This document shows, one piece after another, positions 24,771 through 33,122 of a DNA stretch of 64,000 nt (position 1 is the first letter of the stretch; each line of letters opens with the position of its first letter). A program made the position numbers and the translations under genes. The notes under the pieces were generated by a model, which was given only the letters and a program-made list of their open reading frames with translations, was not told the DNA's origin and did no database searches. Origin of the DNA: Bacteroidales bacterium (GTDB lineage Bacteria; Bacteroidota; Bacteroidia; Bacteroidales; P3); assembly GCA_045222795.1 (NCBI GenBank), contig JBGUZF010000017.1, positions 4,079-68,078 on the forward strand, given 5' to 3'.

Positions 24771-25970
24771 ATGAACATTGCGGCATTGGTATCGGGAGGC
24801 GTCGACAGCTCGGTGGCGGTACACCTGCTCAAAGAGCAGGGCTACACGCCCGATATCTTCTATATCCGCATCGGCATGGAGGACGAGGAGGGATATATCG
24901 ACTGTCCCGCCGAGGAAGATATAGAGATAACGCAATGGATAGCAAAGAAGTACGGCTGCCGCTTCGAGGAGGTGAACCTCCACAAGGAGTACTGGGACAA
25001 CGTGGTGAGCTACACCATCGAAAGTGTGCGCAAAGGACTGACTCCCAACCCTGACGTGATGTGCAACAAACTCATCAAATTCGGTGCCTTCGACGACCGT
25101 CGCGGAAAAGACTACGACCGCATCGCCACCGGCCATTATTGCACCACCGAAGTGATTACTATTCTCCCCGCCTGCGGCGGAAATCTTAGAAATCCTGGAA
25201 ATAGATTGACACATGATTTCCATGATTTTAACGAGCCCGACAAATCTTGGAAATCAAAAGAAAATCTCCAAGATCTCCATGATTTCGCGAAGCGGGAAAA
25301 CAAGTACACCTTCCTGGCGACGGCGAAAGATCCTATCAAGGACCAGACAGACTTCCTGTCGCAGCTCGAATACCATCAGATACAGAAGATTATGTTCCCC
25401 ATCGGCCACCTGATGAAGGCCGACGTGCGTCGCATAGCCCACGAAGCACACCTGCCCAGCGCCGACCGCAAGGACTCGCAGGGCATCTGCTTCCTCGGCA
25501 AGATAAACTACAACGACTTCATCCGCCGCTACCTCGGCGAACGCGAGGGCAAGATAGTGGAGCTGGAGACCGGTAAGGTGCTCGGCACCCACAAAGGCTA
25601 TTGGTTCCACACCATCGGCCAGCGCAAGGGCTTGTTCCTCAGCGGCGGGCCTTGGTTCGTGGTGCGCAAAGACATCAATGAGAACATCCTCTACGTCAGC
25701 CAGGGCTACGACCCCGATGCCGCCCACGGCAACAAGGTGACCCTCATGGGTTTCCATTCTTTGGCGCCCATCGAGCTGCCGCTGCCTATGGAAATTACCT
25801 TCAAGATACGCCACACCCCCGAGTTCCACCGCGGACTGCTGCATGCCACCGACGACGGACTGGTGCAGATAGACAGTCCCGACCGCATACAGGGTATCGC
25901 CGCCGGCCAGTACGCCACCATCTACGACAGCGACGCCCACCTCGTCATTGCATCAGGAATGATAGTTTAA
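24771..25970 (+). CDS. mnmA: tRNA 2-thiouridine(34) synthase
   Basis: Starts [16 protein letters not shown] (PP-loop) and contains ATGHY, KDQTDFL and DSQGICFLG motifs. The upstream 130 codons of the track ORF run across tRNA-Cys and were discarded. Confidence 0.9.
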   Translation: MNIAALVSGGVDSSVAVHLLKEQGYTPDIFYIRIGMEDEEGYIDCPAEEDIEITQWIAKKYGCRFEEVNLHKEYWDNVVSYTIESVRKGLTPNPDVMCNKLIKFGAFDDRRGKDYDRIATGHYCTTEVITILPACGGNLRNPGNRLTHDFHDFNEPDKSWKSKENLQDLHDFAKRENKYTFLATAKDPIKDQTDFLSQLEYHQIQKIMFPIGHLMKADVRRIAHEAHLPSADRKDSQGICFLGKINYNDFIRRYLGEREGKIVELETGKVLGTHKGYWFHTIGQRKGLFLSGGPWFVVRKDINENILYVSQGYDPDAAHGNKVTLMGFHSLAPIELPLPMEITFKIRHTPEFHRGLLHATDDGLVQIDSPDRIQGIAAGQYATIYDSDAHLVIASGMIV

Positions 25971-25992
25971 ACGAAACGATACATTTGTCTTA

Positions 25993-26020
25993 TCTCCTTA
26001 ACTCCTGTCTCCTTAACTCC
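25993..26020. repeat. Direct repeat of tctccttaactcc (two copies, 15-nt period) just upstream of the rsmE ATG
   Basis: Read directly from the sequence. Confidence 0.6.
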
Positions 26021-26026
26021 TAAAGA

Positions 26027-26752
26027 ATGCAACTGTTTTATTGTAAAGATATAACCCCCAACAGCTACTGCACCCTCGATGCCGAGGAGAGCCGCCACGC
26101 TGTGCGTGTTCTGCGCCTGCGCGAAGGCGACGACATCAACGTCACCGACGGCCGCGGCAACCTCTACCACTGCAAGATAGTGGACGCCAACGACCGCGCC
26201 GCCCAGCTGGTGAGTTCATCGCCTTTCACCTCTCACCTTTCACCTTTCACCTTTCACCTCGCCGTCGCTCCCACAAAGAACCCCGCACGCATGGAGTGGC
26301 TGGTTGAGAAGGCCGTGGAGATGGGCGTGGGCGAGATAACGCTGCTGCAGTGCGACCACTCCGAGCGTTCGTTCCTCAAGACCGACCGCCTCGAGAAGCT
26401 GGCCGTCAGCGCCATGAAGCAGAGCCTCCACCTCACCCTCCCCCGCATCAACCCCGCCGTAAAACTCTCCGACTGGCTCAATCAAGCAATCAAGCAATCA
26501 AGCAATCAAGCACTAAAATTCATCGCCCACTGCGACCCCGACAAGCCCCGCACCTCGCTCCGCGAGGCACTGCTGCCGGGTCGCGACACCGTGGTGCTCA
26601 TAGGCCCCGAGGGCGACTTCTCGGCTGAGGAGATAGCCCTCGCCCTCGACTGCGGCTTCCAGCCTGTGAGCTTCGGCTCTGCCCGCCTCCGTACCGAGAC
26701 CGCAGCCCTCTACGCCGTCGCCGCCTTCAACTTCGTAAACGACAACAAATAA
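26027..26752 (+). CDS. rsmE: 16S rRNA (uracil1498-N3)-methyltransferase
   Basis: 241 aa. N-terminus MQLFYCKDI...EESRHAVRVLRLREGD, PTKNPARMEWLVEKAVEMGV, and a C-terminal LIGPEGDFSAEE motif. Confidence 0.88.
   Translation: MQLFYCKDITPNSYCTLDAEESRHAVRVLRLREGDDINVTDGRGNLYHCKIVDANDRAAQLVSSSPFTSHLSPFTFHLAVAPTKNPARMEWLVEKAVEMGVGEITLLQCDHSERSFLKTDRLEKLAVSAMKQSLHLTLPRINPAVKLSDWLNQAIKQSSNQALKFIAHCDPDKPRTSLREALLPGRDTVVLIGPEGDFSAEEIALALDCGFQPVSFGSARLRTETAALYAVAAFNFVNDNK
26222..26260. repeat. Heptamer array (ctttcac/ctctcac/ctttcac x3) in frame in rsmE
   Basis: Encodes SPFTSHLSPFTFH between the N-terminal domain and the conserved LAVAPTK segment. Confidence 0.8.
26479..26512. repeat. Octamer array (aatcaagc x4) in frame in rsmE
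   Basis: Encodes NQAIKQSSNQA. Confidence 0.8.
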
Positions 26753-26765
26753 GACAATAATATTT

Positions 26766-27482
26766 ATGGTTTTTCAAAGACAACACAAACAACATTGCCG
26801 TCGCATGTGCGACGACATAATAAACCACAAATGCATATTATCTGTTGTCTTTGTTGTCTCCGTTGTCTTCCAAATAAATACAGCCGCGGCGCAGCCGCAG
26901 CTCGCCCTGCTTAAGTACAACGGCGGCGGCGACTGGTACGCCAACCCCACGTCGCTCACCAACCTCATTGCCTTCTGCAACCAGGACCAGCAGATGGGCC
27001 TCACCTCGCAGTACGCCACCGTCGATGTGGGCAGCAGCGAGATATTCAACTATCCCCTGCTCCACATGACCGGCCACGGAAACGTCGTCTTCAGCGACCG
27101 CGAAGCACAGAACCTCCGCAACTACCTTATAGGCGGCGGCTTCCTGCATATCGACGACAACTACGGTCTCAAGGAGTTCGTTGTGCCGCAGATGAAGAAG
27201 GTGTTTCCCGAACTGGAGTTCGTCGAGCTGCCCTTCAGCCATCCCATCTACCATCAGAAATACGACTTCCCCAACGGTCTGCCCAAAATCCACGAGCACG
27301 ACAACTTGCCGCCCAAGGGTTACGGCCTGATATGGGAAGGACGCTTGGTCTGTTTCTTCACGTGGGAGTGCGACCTCGGCGACGGCTGGGAGGACCAGGA
27401 TGTCCACGGCGACAGTCAGGCCACGCGCCAGAAAGCCCTACGCATGGGCTCCAACATCGTCCGCTACGTCTTCACCCACTAA
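26766..27482 (+). CDS. DUF4159 domain-containing secreted protein
   Basis: Contains LKYNGGGDWYANPTSL, LHMTGHGNVVFSDREAQNLRNYLIGGGFLHIDDNYG and PKIHEHD. An alternative ATG start lies at 26805. Confidence 0.7.
   Translation: MVFQRQHKQHCRRMCDDIINHKCILSVVFVVSVVFQINTAAAQPQLALLKYNGGGDWYANPTSLTNLIAFCNQDQQMGLTSQYATVDVGSSEIFNYPLLHMTGHGNVVFSDREAQNLRNYLIGGGFLHIDDNYGLKEFVVPQMKKVFPELEFVELPFSHPIYHQKYDFPNGLPKIHEHDNLPPKGYGLIWEGRLVCFFTWECDLGDGWEDQDVHGDSQATRQKALRMGSNIVRYVFTH
26776..26871. repeat. Periodic-arm inverted repeat (aaagacaacacaaacaaca ... tctgttgtc/tttgttgtc/tccgttgtc, 9-nt period) across the 5' end of the DUF4159 gene
   Basis: Read directly from the sequence. The right arm encodes the signal-peptide core SVVFVVSVVF. 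Confidence 0.65.
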
Positions 27483-28741
27483 GCAACCAGACGGCGCTTG
27501 TAGGTGCGGGCGGCGAGGATGGCAAAGGCGGCGAAGAACAGCAGGATAAGGGCTAAGGAAAGGAACACCTGCCAGGTTGGCAGTCCGAAGGGCAAACGCA
27601 GCAGCACTGCGGCGGGAGCCGTGAAGGGCACCACGGCGAGCCATGAAGCCAAAACTCCGGCAGGGGCCTTGAGCAGCAGAGGCGACAATATCAGCACCAC
27701 AAACAGCGGCGACAGTATCAGCAGCGACCACTGCAGTGGGTCGGCATCGCTGTCGAGGCGCGCGGCAAGCAGGGCCAACAAGGCCCCATAGAGCAGATAC
27801 CCCATCAAGAAGTATAGTAGAAACATTCCAGCCACCAGCGGCAGGCGGATGGCGGTAAGGCCTTGTACAGTCTGGTCGACCAATGCCACAGGCGTCTCGT
27901 ACTGCACGGTGGCAGCGGTGCCCTTGGTGGCCAGCGACTGCACCTCCTGCTGGGCACGGGCTTGCGCGAAGAGATCGGGGTTGGCAGCCTGCACGCCAGC
28001 GATGGCTACGGCGGTGAGGGCCACCCACAGCGTGAGCTGCACGATGGCAGTAAGCGCCACGCCGGCAATCTTGCCAACGAGGAGACTCACGGGCTTCACT
28101 GCGGTGGCGATGACCTCGGCCACGCGGTTCTGCCGCTCCTCCTGCACGCTGCGCACCACCTGCACGCCGAACACCACCAATGCCAGCACCATGAGCACCG
28201 CCAAGACTATGGCCACCACGGTCTTCACATTGGAGAAACTCTCGCGACCCGAGGCGGACTCCTGCGTGTGCAGGCTGATATGCGTGGACTCGACGGAATG
28301 GTAGACCGAGGGCTCGAGCTGGTAGACATCCTCTAGGATGGCATTGCGCAGCAGGGTCTGCATCTGTGCGTCAACGGCACTCTGCAGCGCCAGCGGCGGA
28401 ACACCACCGTCGTAGAGCAGGAAGGCGTCGCGAGGAATGGTGGTCTCACGCAGCGGGATATAGAGTATCACATCGTTCTTATCGGAATGCTCCTTGGCGT
28501 AGTCGAGCGACGGCATAGCCTTGAAGGCCACCTCGGCGGTGGACTGCAGGCCTCCGTCGAAGAGACCCGTCTGGTCGACCACCAGCACCGTGGTGCGCTC
28601 AGCGGCACGTTGGGCGGCGACGACAGGCAGCACATAGAGCACCGCCAGCACCACGGGCACAAGCAGCGTGAGCACCCAGAAGGCGGGGCGACGCATCCGC
28701 ATGCGGCATTCGCGGGCAATGATGAGCATCAGTTTCTTCAT
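27479..28741 (-). CDS. ABC-2 type transporter permease
   Basis: 420 aa. One N-terminal transmembrane helix, a large extracytoplasmic loop and a C-terminal cluster of transmembrane helices. The start overlaps the ATPase stop as ATGA. Confidence 0.75.
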   Translation of the reverse strand: MKKLMLIIARECRMRMRRPAFWVLTLLVPVVLAVLYVLPVVAAQRAAERTTVLVVDQTGLFDGGLQSTAEVAFKAMPSLDYAKEHSDKNDVILYIPLRETTIPRDAFLLYDGGVPPLALQSAVDAQMQTLLRNAILEDVYQLEPSVYHSVESTHISLHTQESASGRESFSNVKTVVAIVLAVLMVLALVVFGVQVVRSVQEERQNRVAEVIATAVKPVSLLVGKIAGVALTAIVQLTLWVALTAVAIAGVQAANPDLFAQARAQQEVQSLATKGTAATVQYETPVALVDQTVQGLTAIRLPLVAGMFLLYFLMGYLLYGALLALLAARLDSDADPLQWSLLILSPLFVVLILSPLLLKAPAGVLASWLAVVPFTAPAAVLLRLPFGLPTWQVFLSLALILLFFAAFAILAARTYKRRLVA

Positions 28742-29340
28742 AGCTGTATCGTTTTATGGCACAGCTGGGTGGCAGCCTGCAGGTTGTGGGTGGAGAGCAG
28801 CACGGTGGTGCCGTCGGAGGAGAGACGCTGCAGCTCGCGGCAAAGCATGTCGGCATTGTCGGCATCAAACCCCGAGAAAGGCTCGTCGAGCACCAGCAGG
28901 CGCGGGCTGTGGGCAACTGTGACCACAAACTGCAGCCGCTGCTGCATGCCTTTGCTGAGGCGCGAGGCCGGGGTGTTCCACCAGTCGGCCATCCCCAGAC
29001 GGTCGAACCACTGACGCAGGCTTGTTTCAGCATCTTTGCGACCCATACCTTTCATCTGCGCCAAGTAGAGTGCCTGCTCGCCGGCACGCATGCGGCGGTA
29101 GAGACCGCGCTCCTCAGGCAGGTAGCCCAGCAGCTCCTGCGGCACGCCGATATGGTCGTCGAAGAGCACCTGACCGCCGTCGGCCTCGAGGAGGCCACAG
29201 ACGATGCGCAGCAGGGTGGTCTTGCCGGCGCCGTTGCGTCCAAGGAGACCCACCACCTCGCCGCGGTCAGCGGTGAAGCTGACGCCGTCGAGCACGCGGT
29301 GGTCGCCAAACGACTTGGTTATATTCTCAACTTTCAGCAT
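28738..29340 (-). CDS. ABC transporter ATP-binding protein
   Basis: Walker A GRNGAGKTT, signature LSKGMQQR, Walker B LLVLDEP. The track start at 29358 is a TTG codon, so I moved the start to the ATG at 29340 (MLKVENITK). Confidence 0.85.
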   Translation of the reverse strand: MLKVENITKSFGDHRVLDGVSFTADRGEVVGLLGRNGAGKTTLLRIVCGLLEADGGQVLFDDHIGVPQELLGYLPEERGLYRRMRAGEQALYLAQMKGMGRKDAETSLRQWFDRLGMADWWNTPASRLSKGMQQRLQFVVTVAHSPRLLVLDEPFSGFDADNADMLCRELQRLSSDGTTVLLSTHNLQAATQLCHKTIQL

Positions 29341-31351
29341 TGTGTTTTGTTGTGCCAATTTTCAATAATGCTACTTCGGCAGCCAATGCCAATAGCGCCA
29401 GCACGAGGCACCAACGCCACAGCTGACGGCCGCCATCGCGCTCGCGGAGTTCGTCGCCGATGGGCTTCTCGCTGTTTTTAATCATGGAATAGCCCGCCTT
29501 GCCGTCGATGGCTTTGGCCACCTCGTCGCGGCCCAGGAAGTCCATCACCGACTCGCGCCGCGGGAAGTTGAAAGCCAGATGCTCGTCGGCAAGGCGATAA
29601 ATGCCCGCCACGGTCATGTCACCGTGGGGCACCAGCAGCTGACGGTTGCCCACCTTGCGGATGTCGGGGATTACGCTGCTGCTGTCGGGAGCCACCAGCT
29701 CGGGCGGCTTGGTGCCGAGGTCGTATATACCCTGCAGCGCTATGGGGTCGGCTCCGCCGAGGGTGTGGCTGGCCTCGGGCAGCGGACGACTGTAGAGGGC
29801 CATATTGTAGAGCGTAGGCACGAATAGGGCCTGACTGACGAAGTCGGTAAACTCCGTACGCAGCGGAGTGCAGAAGAGGTAGAGGCGGCCCTGTCCATAG
29901 GGCGTGACGGTGAGCAAGTCGGTGCCGTCGGCAAGAGTTATCACCGACTGCTTCACGGCTGCTCCGCCAACGGCATGATGGCCGTGCGCCGTAGGCAGTT
30001 CCATATCCTCGTCGCGACCGCCGAAGACCTCACGGTAGAGGGCGTTGTCGTAGTCAACGGCATTGGCGCGCGACGCACGCTTCGCCCAGCGGAGTATCTG
30101 CGGCGCATTCATGGAGGCCAACAACTCGGGAAGCCCCTGACCTGCGTCTTCAGCGGCAAGCACCACCAGCAGGCTACCGCCGTCGTTGACCCATGCCGCC
30201 AGCTGCTGTGCCTCGCCCGAGGCCAGACTTTTCACCTCGTTGAGCACCACGAAGTCGGCATCGGCCAGCGACACCGGTACTCGCGGCACGGTGCTGTAAT
30301 GCACCACCGAGTCGGCGCCAAAGAGCTTCTTCAAGTTCTCGTTGGCGGCGACACCGGCGACCTCAATCATATTGATGGCATTGCCGGCGAGGAGAGCGAA
30401 ATGGTAGCTGTCGTCGAAGGTCACGGGGTAGTCGTCAATCTCCACACATCCGTCGAGCCATCCGGCACGTTCGATACTGAAATGCAGCGCCACCGAGGCA
30501 CTGCCGCCAGCGGCAATGTCAACGGTGGCCAGGGCACGCTCGCGCCCGTCGGCGTAGAGCTTCACGGGCACCTTCTCGGCATCGCGGCTGCCGCTGTTGC
30601 GCACCGTCACCTTGGCGGTAACACGTCCTCCGACGAAATAGGCCGGAGCATCGAGAGTCACAGTGTCGATATAGATATTGTCGGCACCGATGCCTTCGAG
30701 GGGCACCAGCGTGACGAGGGCCAAACTGTCGGCAGGCAGCAGGTCGAGGTCGCTGCCGCTGCGCTGGAAGTCGCTAATAACGTATGCGTGACGGTTGGCT
30801 GCGCCGCTCTGCCGCATGAAGTCGAGCTGGCGGCTTATGACGTCGCTCAGCATAGGGCTTGCCGGCGAGGGCTGCAAAGCATCGAGGGCGTCGAGCAGCT
30901 CGTCGCGCGAGAGCCAGCGCTGACTGCTGCCGTCGAGGTCGGCGGTGAGCAGCTGATAGCGGTCGCCCACACCGTAGGTTCCAGCCACTTCGGCTGCCTT
31001 GCGACAGGCGGCGGCGAGCTGGCTGCCCTCGGTGGTGGCACTCTCCATACTGTAGCTGTTGTCGACATAGATGCTCACCACCGTCTGGCCACTCTTCATC
31101 GTCGTGGTGCCGTCGGTGAGGACGGGCTGGGCGAAAGCCAGCACGAGGAACACTATGGCCAATATGCGCATTGCCAGCACCAGCCAACGGCGCAGGTCGT
31201 TGCGGCGACGGTTCTCGGTATGCAGTTCCACCAGGCGGTCGACATTGCTAAAATAGACTTTCTTGTAGCGGCGGAAGTTGAACAGATGCACCGCTATGGG
31301 AATGGCCACCGCCAGCAGACCCCAAAGGAAGGCTGGGTTAGTGAATATCAC
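29327..31351 (-). CDS. BatA-like (aerotolerance-regulator N-terminal domain) membrane protein
   Basis: 674 aa with a GTG start. MIFTNPAFLWGLLAVAIPIAVHLFNFRR matches the double-transmembrane N-terminus of the BatA family. Confidence 0.7.
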   Translation of the reverse strand: MIFTNPAFLWGLLAVAIPIAVHLFNFRRYKKVYFSNVDRLVELHTENRRRNDLRRWLVLAMRILAIVFLVLAFAQPVLTDGTTTMKSGQTVVSIYVDNSYSMESATTEGSQLAAACRKAAEVAGTYGVGDRYQLLTADLDGSSQRWLSRDELLDALDALQPSPASPMLSDVISRQLDFMRQSGAANRHAYVISDFQRSGSDLDLLPADSLALVTLVPLEGIGADNIYIDTVTLDAPAYFVGGRVTAKVTVRNSGSRDAEKVPVKLYADGRERALATVDIAAGGSASVALHFSIERAGWLDGCVEIDDYPVTFDDSYHFALLAGNAINMIEVAGVAANENLKKLFGADSVVHYSTVPRVPVSLADADFVVLNEVKSLASGEAQQLAAWVNDGGSLLVVLAAEDAGQGLPELLASMNAPQILRWAKRASRANAVDYDNALYREVFGGRDEDMELPTAHGHHAVGGAAVKQSVITLADGTDLLTVTPYGQGRLYLFCTPLRTEFTDFVSQALFVPTLYNMALYSRPLPEASHTLGGADPIALQGIYDLGTKPPELVAPDSSSVIPDIRKVGNRQLLVPHGDMTVAGIYRLADEHLAFNFPRRESVMDFLGRDEVAKAIDGKAGYSMIKNSEKPIGDELRERDGGRQLWRWCLVLALLALAAEVALLKIGTTKHNAES

Positions 31352-31988
31352 CGCCCACCTCCTTTCTGTAGCGGCATATTTCCGTCAAGCCACAAGCCTC
31401 ACAATGCGGCTTGCGTGCCGTGCAGACGTAGCGGCCGTGGAGTATCAGCCAGTGGTGCGCCTTGGGCAGCAGCTCGGGGGCTATGTGCTTCACCAGCTCG
31501 CGCTCGGTCTGTAGGGGCGTCTTGCTGTTCACGGTAAGTCCTATGCGGTTTGCCACGCGGAACACATGCGTGTCTACCGGCATGGCGGGAAGGTCGAAGA
31601 CCACGGCAGCCACCACGTTGGCCGTCTTGCGACCCACGCCTGGCAGACGCTGCAGCTGATCGACATCCGACGGCACCACGCCGCCGAACTCCTCGACGAG
31701 CATCTTGGCAAGTCCCACAAGGTGGTGGCTCTTGTTGCGCGGATAGGAAACCGAGTGTATGTAGTCGAATATCTGGTCTTCGGAAGCCTGTGCCATCTGC
31801 TCGGCGGTAGGATAGGCGGCGAAGAGGGCCGGCGTGACCATGTTCACTCGTTTGTCGGTACACTGCGCCGAGAGCACCACGGCCACCAGCAGCTGGAAGG
31901 GCGAGCCGAAATGCAACTCGGTCTCGGCCACAGGCATAGCCTCCTCGAAATATTCGATAACACGCTTGTATAGCTCCGCTTTCCTCAT
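31338..31988 (-). CDS. nth: Endonuclease III
   Basis: 216 aa with the HhH motif LPGVGRKTANVV and the Fe-S cluster motif CTARKPHCEACGLTEIC. Confidence 0.93.
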   Translation of the reverse strand: MRKAELYKRVIEYFEEAMPVAETELHFGSPFQLLVAVVLSAQCTDKRVNMVTPALFAAYPTAEQMAQASEDQIFDYIHSVSYPRNKSHHLVGLAKMLVEEFGGVVPSDVDQLQRLPGVGRKTANVVAAVVFDLPAMPVDTHVFRVANRIGLTVNSKTPLQTERELVKHIAPELLPKAHHWLILHGRYVCTARKPHCEACGLTEICRYRKEVGGDIH

Positions 31989-33052
31989 GGCACCAATTCT
32001 AACGATGTGAGCACTGGATAATGGTCCGAGATATCGGTCTTGATGCGGCGGTAGCTCAGCGTCTGCCAGCCGTCGCTGTGGAACACCATGTCGATGCGGA
32101 ACTTCGGGAAGCCACCGTTGTAGGTGTTGCTGTAGCCGAGGCCCTCCTCACAATAGGTGTCCTTCATCAGCCTGGAAATCTGGGCGTAGAGCCACGAGTT
32201 GGGTATGTCGTTGAGGTCACCAGCTAGGAGCATGGGCATGGTACTTGCCTCGACCACGGGCTTGATGCGCTCGTTCCACTCCTCCTCATGGCAGAGGATG
32301 GTCTCTTTCACCTTCTCCATAGTGTGCCCCGAGTTGTGGCTCATGTCGCCATGGGTCACCCGCTCTATCTCCTCAAGGTCGGCAGCGTCGAAGCGGTAGC
32401 TGTCCATGTGGATGGCGCAGACACGGAAATGGCGTCCGTCGCACAGCAGCTCCGCCAGCAGTTTCTCGCCGTCGATACGGTTCACGTAGGTCATAGGCAG
32501 ACGCGAGAAGACCACGGTGCCATAGGGTAGGCCGTTCTTGGCGGTGTGCGAGCCGTAGTAGTGGTTGTAACCCATAAGCACCAGGCTGTCGGTGAGCCGC
32601 ACGGTCTTGGGAGCGGCATACTCCTGCAGGCAAAGCACGTCGGGGTTATATTGGCGCACCATGGCTATGAACTCCATGGCGTTGCTGTCGGTAGAGGTGG
32701 GCTGCTGCTGCGAGCCGCGGAAGAGGCGCACGTTGTGACTCATCACCGTCACCATGGCAGGGTGCTCGTCGGCCGACGGAATCTTTGATGTTCCACCTAT
32801 CTGGAAGAAGAGGGGTATCAGCATATAGCGTGCCGCAATGGCAGCCACCGACAGCAGACACTGCCAGCGGCCCATAAGCAACCATATCACTACCATCAGC
32901 ACGTTGGCCGCCAACATAGGCAGGTAGCCGTAGGCCAACAGACCCGGCAGCACGGTGACCGACGGTGCCACGAGGCCGCCAAGGGTCGTCAGGAGAAACC
33001 CCAAAATCAATATTATATTGATTACCAGCAGTATTTTGCGGACAATCTTCAT
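31985..33052 (-). CDS. Membrane-anchored endonuclease/exonuclease/phosphatase (EEP) family protein
   Basis: 355 aa. N-terminal transmembrane helices, then VMSHNV, LCLQE, GDLND and SDHYPV motifs. Confidence 0.75.
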   Translation of the reverse strand: MKIVRKILLVINIILILGFLLTTLGGLVAPSVTVLPGLLAYGYLPMLAANVLMVVIWLLMGRWQCLLSVAAIAARYMLIPLFFQIGGTSKIPSADEHPAMVTVMSHNVRLFRGSQQQPTSTDSNAMEFIAMVRQYNPDVLCLQEYAAPKTVRLTDSLVLMGYNHYYGSHTAKNGLPYGTVVFSRLPMTYVNRIDGEKLLAELLCDGRHFRVCAIHMDSYRFDAADLEEIERVTHGDMSHNSGHTMEKVKETILCHEEEWNERIKPVVEASTMPMLLAGDLNDIPNSWLYAQISRLMKDTYCEEGLGYSNTYNGGFPKFRIDMVFHSDGWQTLSYRRIKTDISDHYPVLTSLELVP

Positions 33053-33065
33053 ACCAATAAGAATG

Positions 33066-33073
33066 CAAAGATA
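33066..33073 (-). promoter_or_regulatory. Candidate -7 element (TAtcTTTG) for the EEP-nth-BatA-ABC operon
   Basis: The plus strand reads caaagata, 14 nt upstream of the ATG at 33052. Confidence 0.45.
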
Positions 33074-33104
33074 ATATTTTTTTCACACGTATACAAATTA
33101 TTCG

Positions 33105-33112
33105 TATCTTTG
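33105..33112 (+). promoter_or_regulatory. Candidate -7 element (TAtcTTTG) for aroE
   Basis: tatctttg lies 11 nt upstream of the ATG at 33123. Confidence 0.45.
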
Positions 33113-33122
33113 CATCCCGAAA

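Noticed and set aside
27479-27482. Convergent DUF4159 and ABC permease genes whose stop codons overlap (CTAA) with no terminator between them
   Set aside because: The overlap is real but is probably just compact gene packing. I have no evidence of regulatory significance.
29341-29358. The TTG-initiated extension (MAQQNT) of the ABC ATPase in the track
   Set aside because: The codon at 29358 is TTG. The ATG at 29340 gives the usual MLKVENI... start of an ABC ATPase. The difference is minor, and the longer form cannot be fully excluded.
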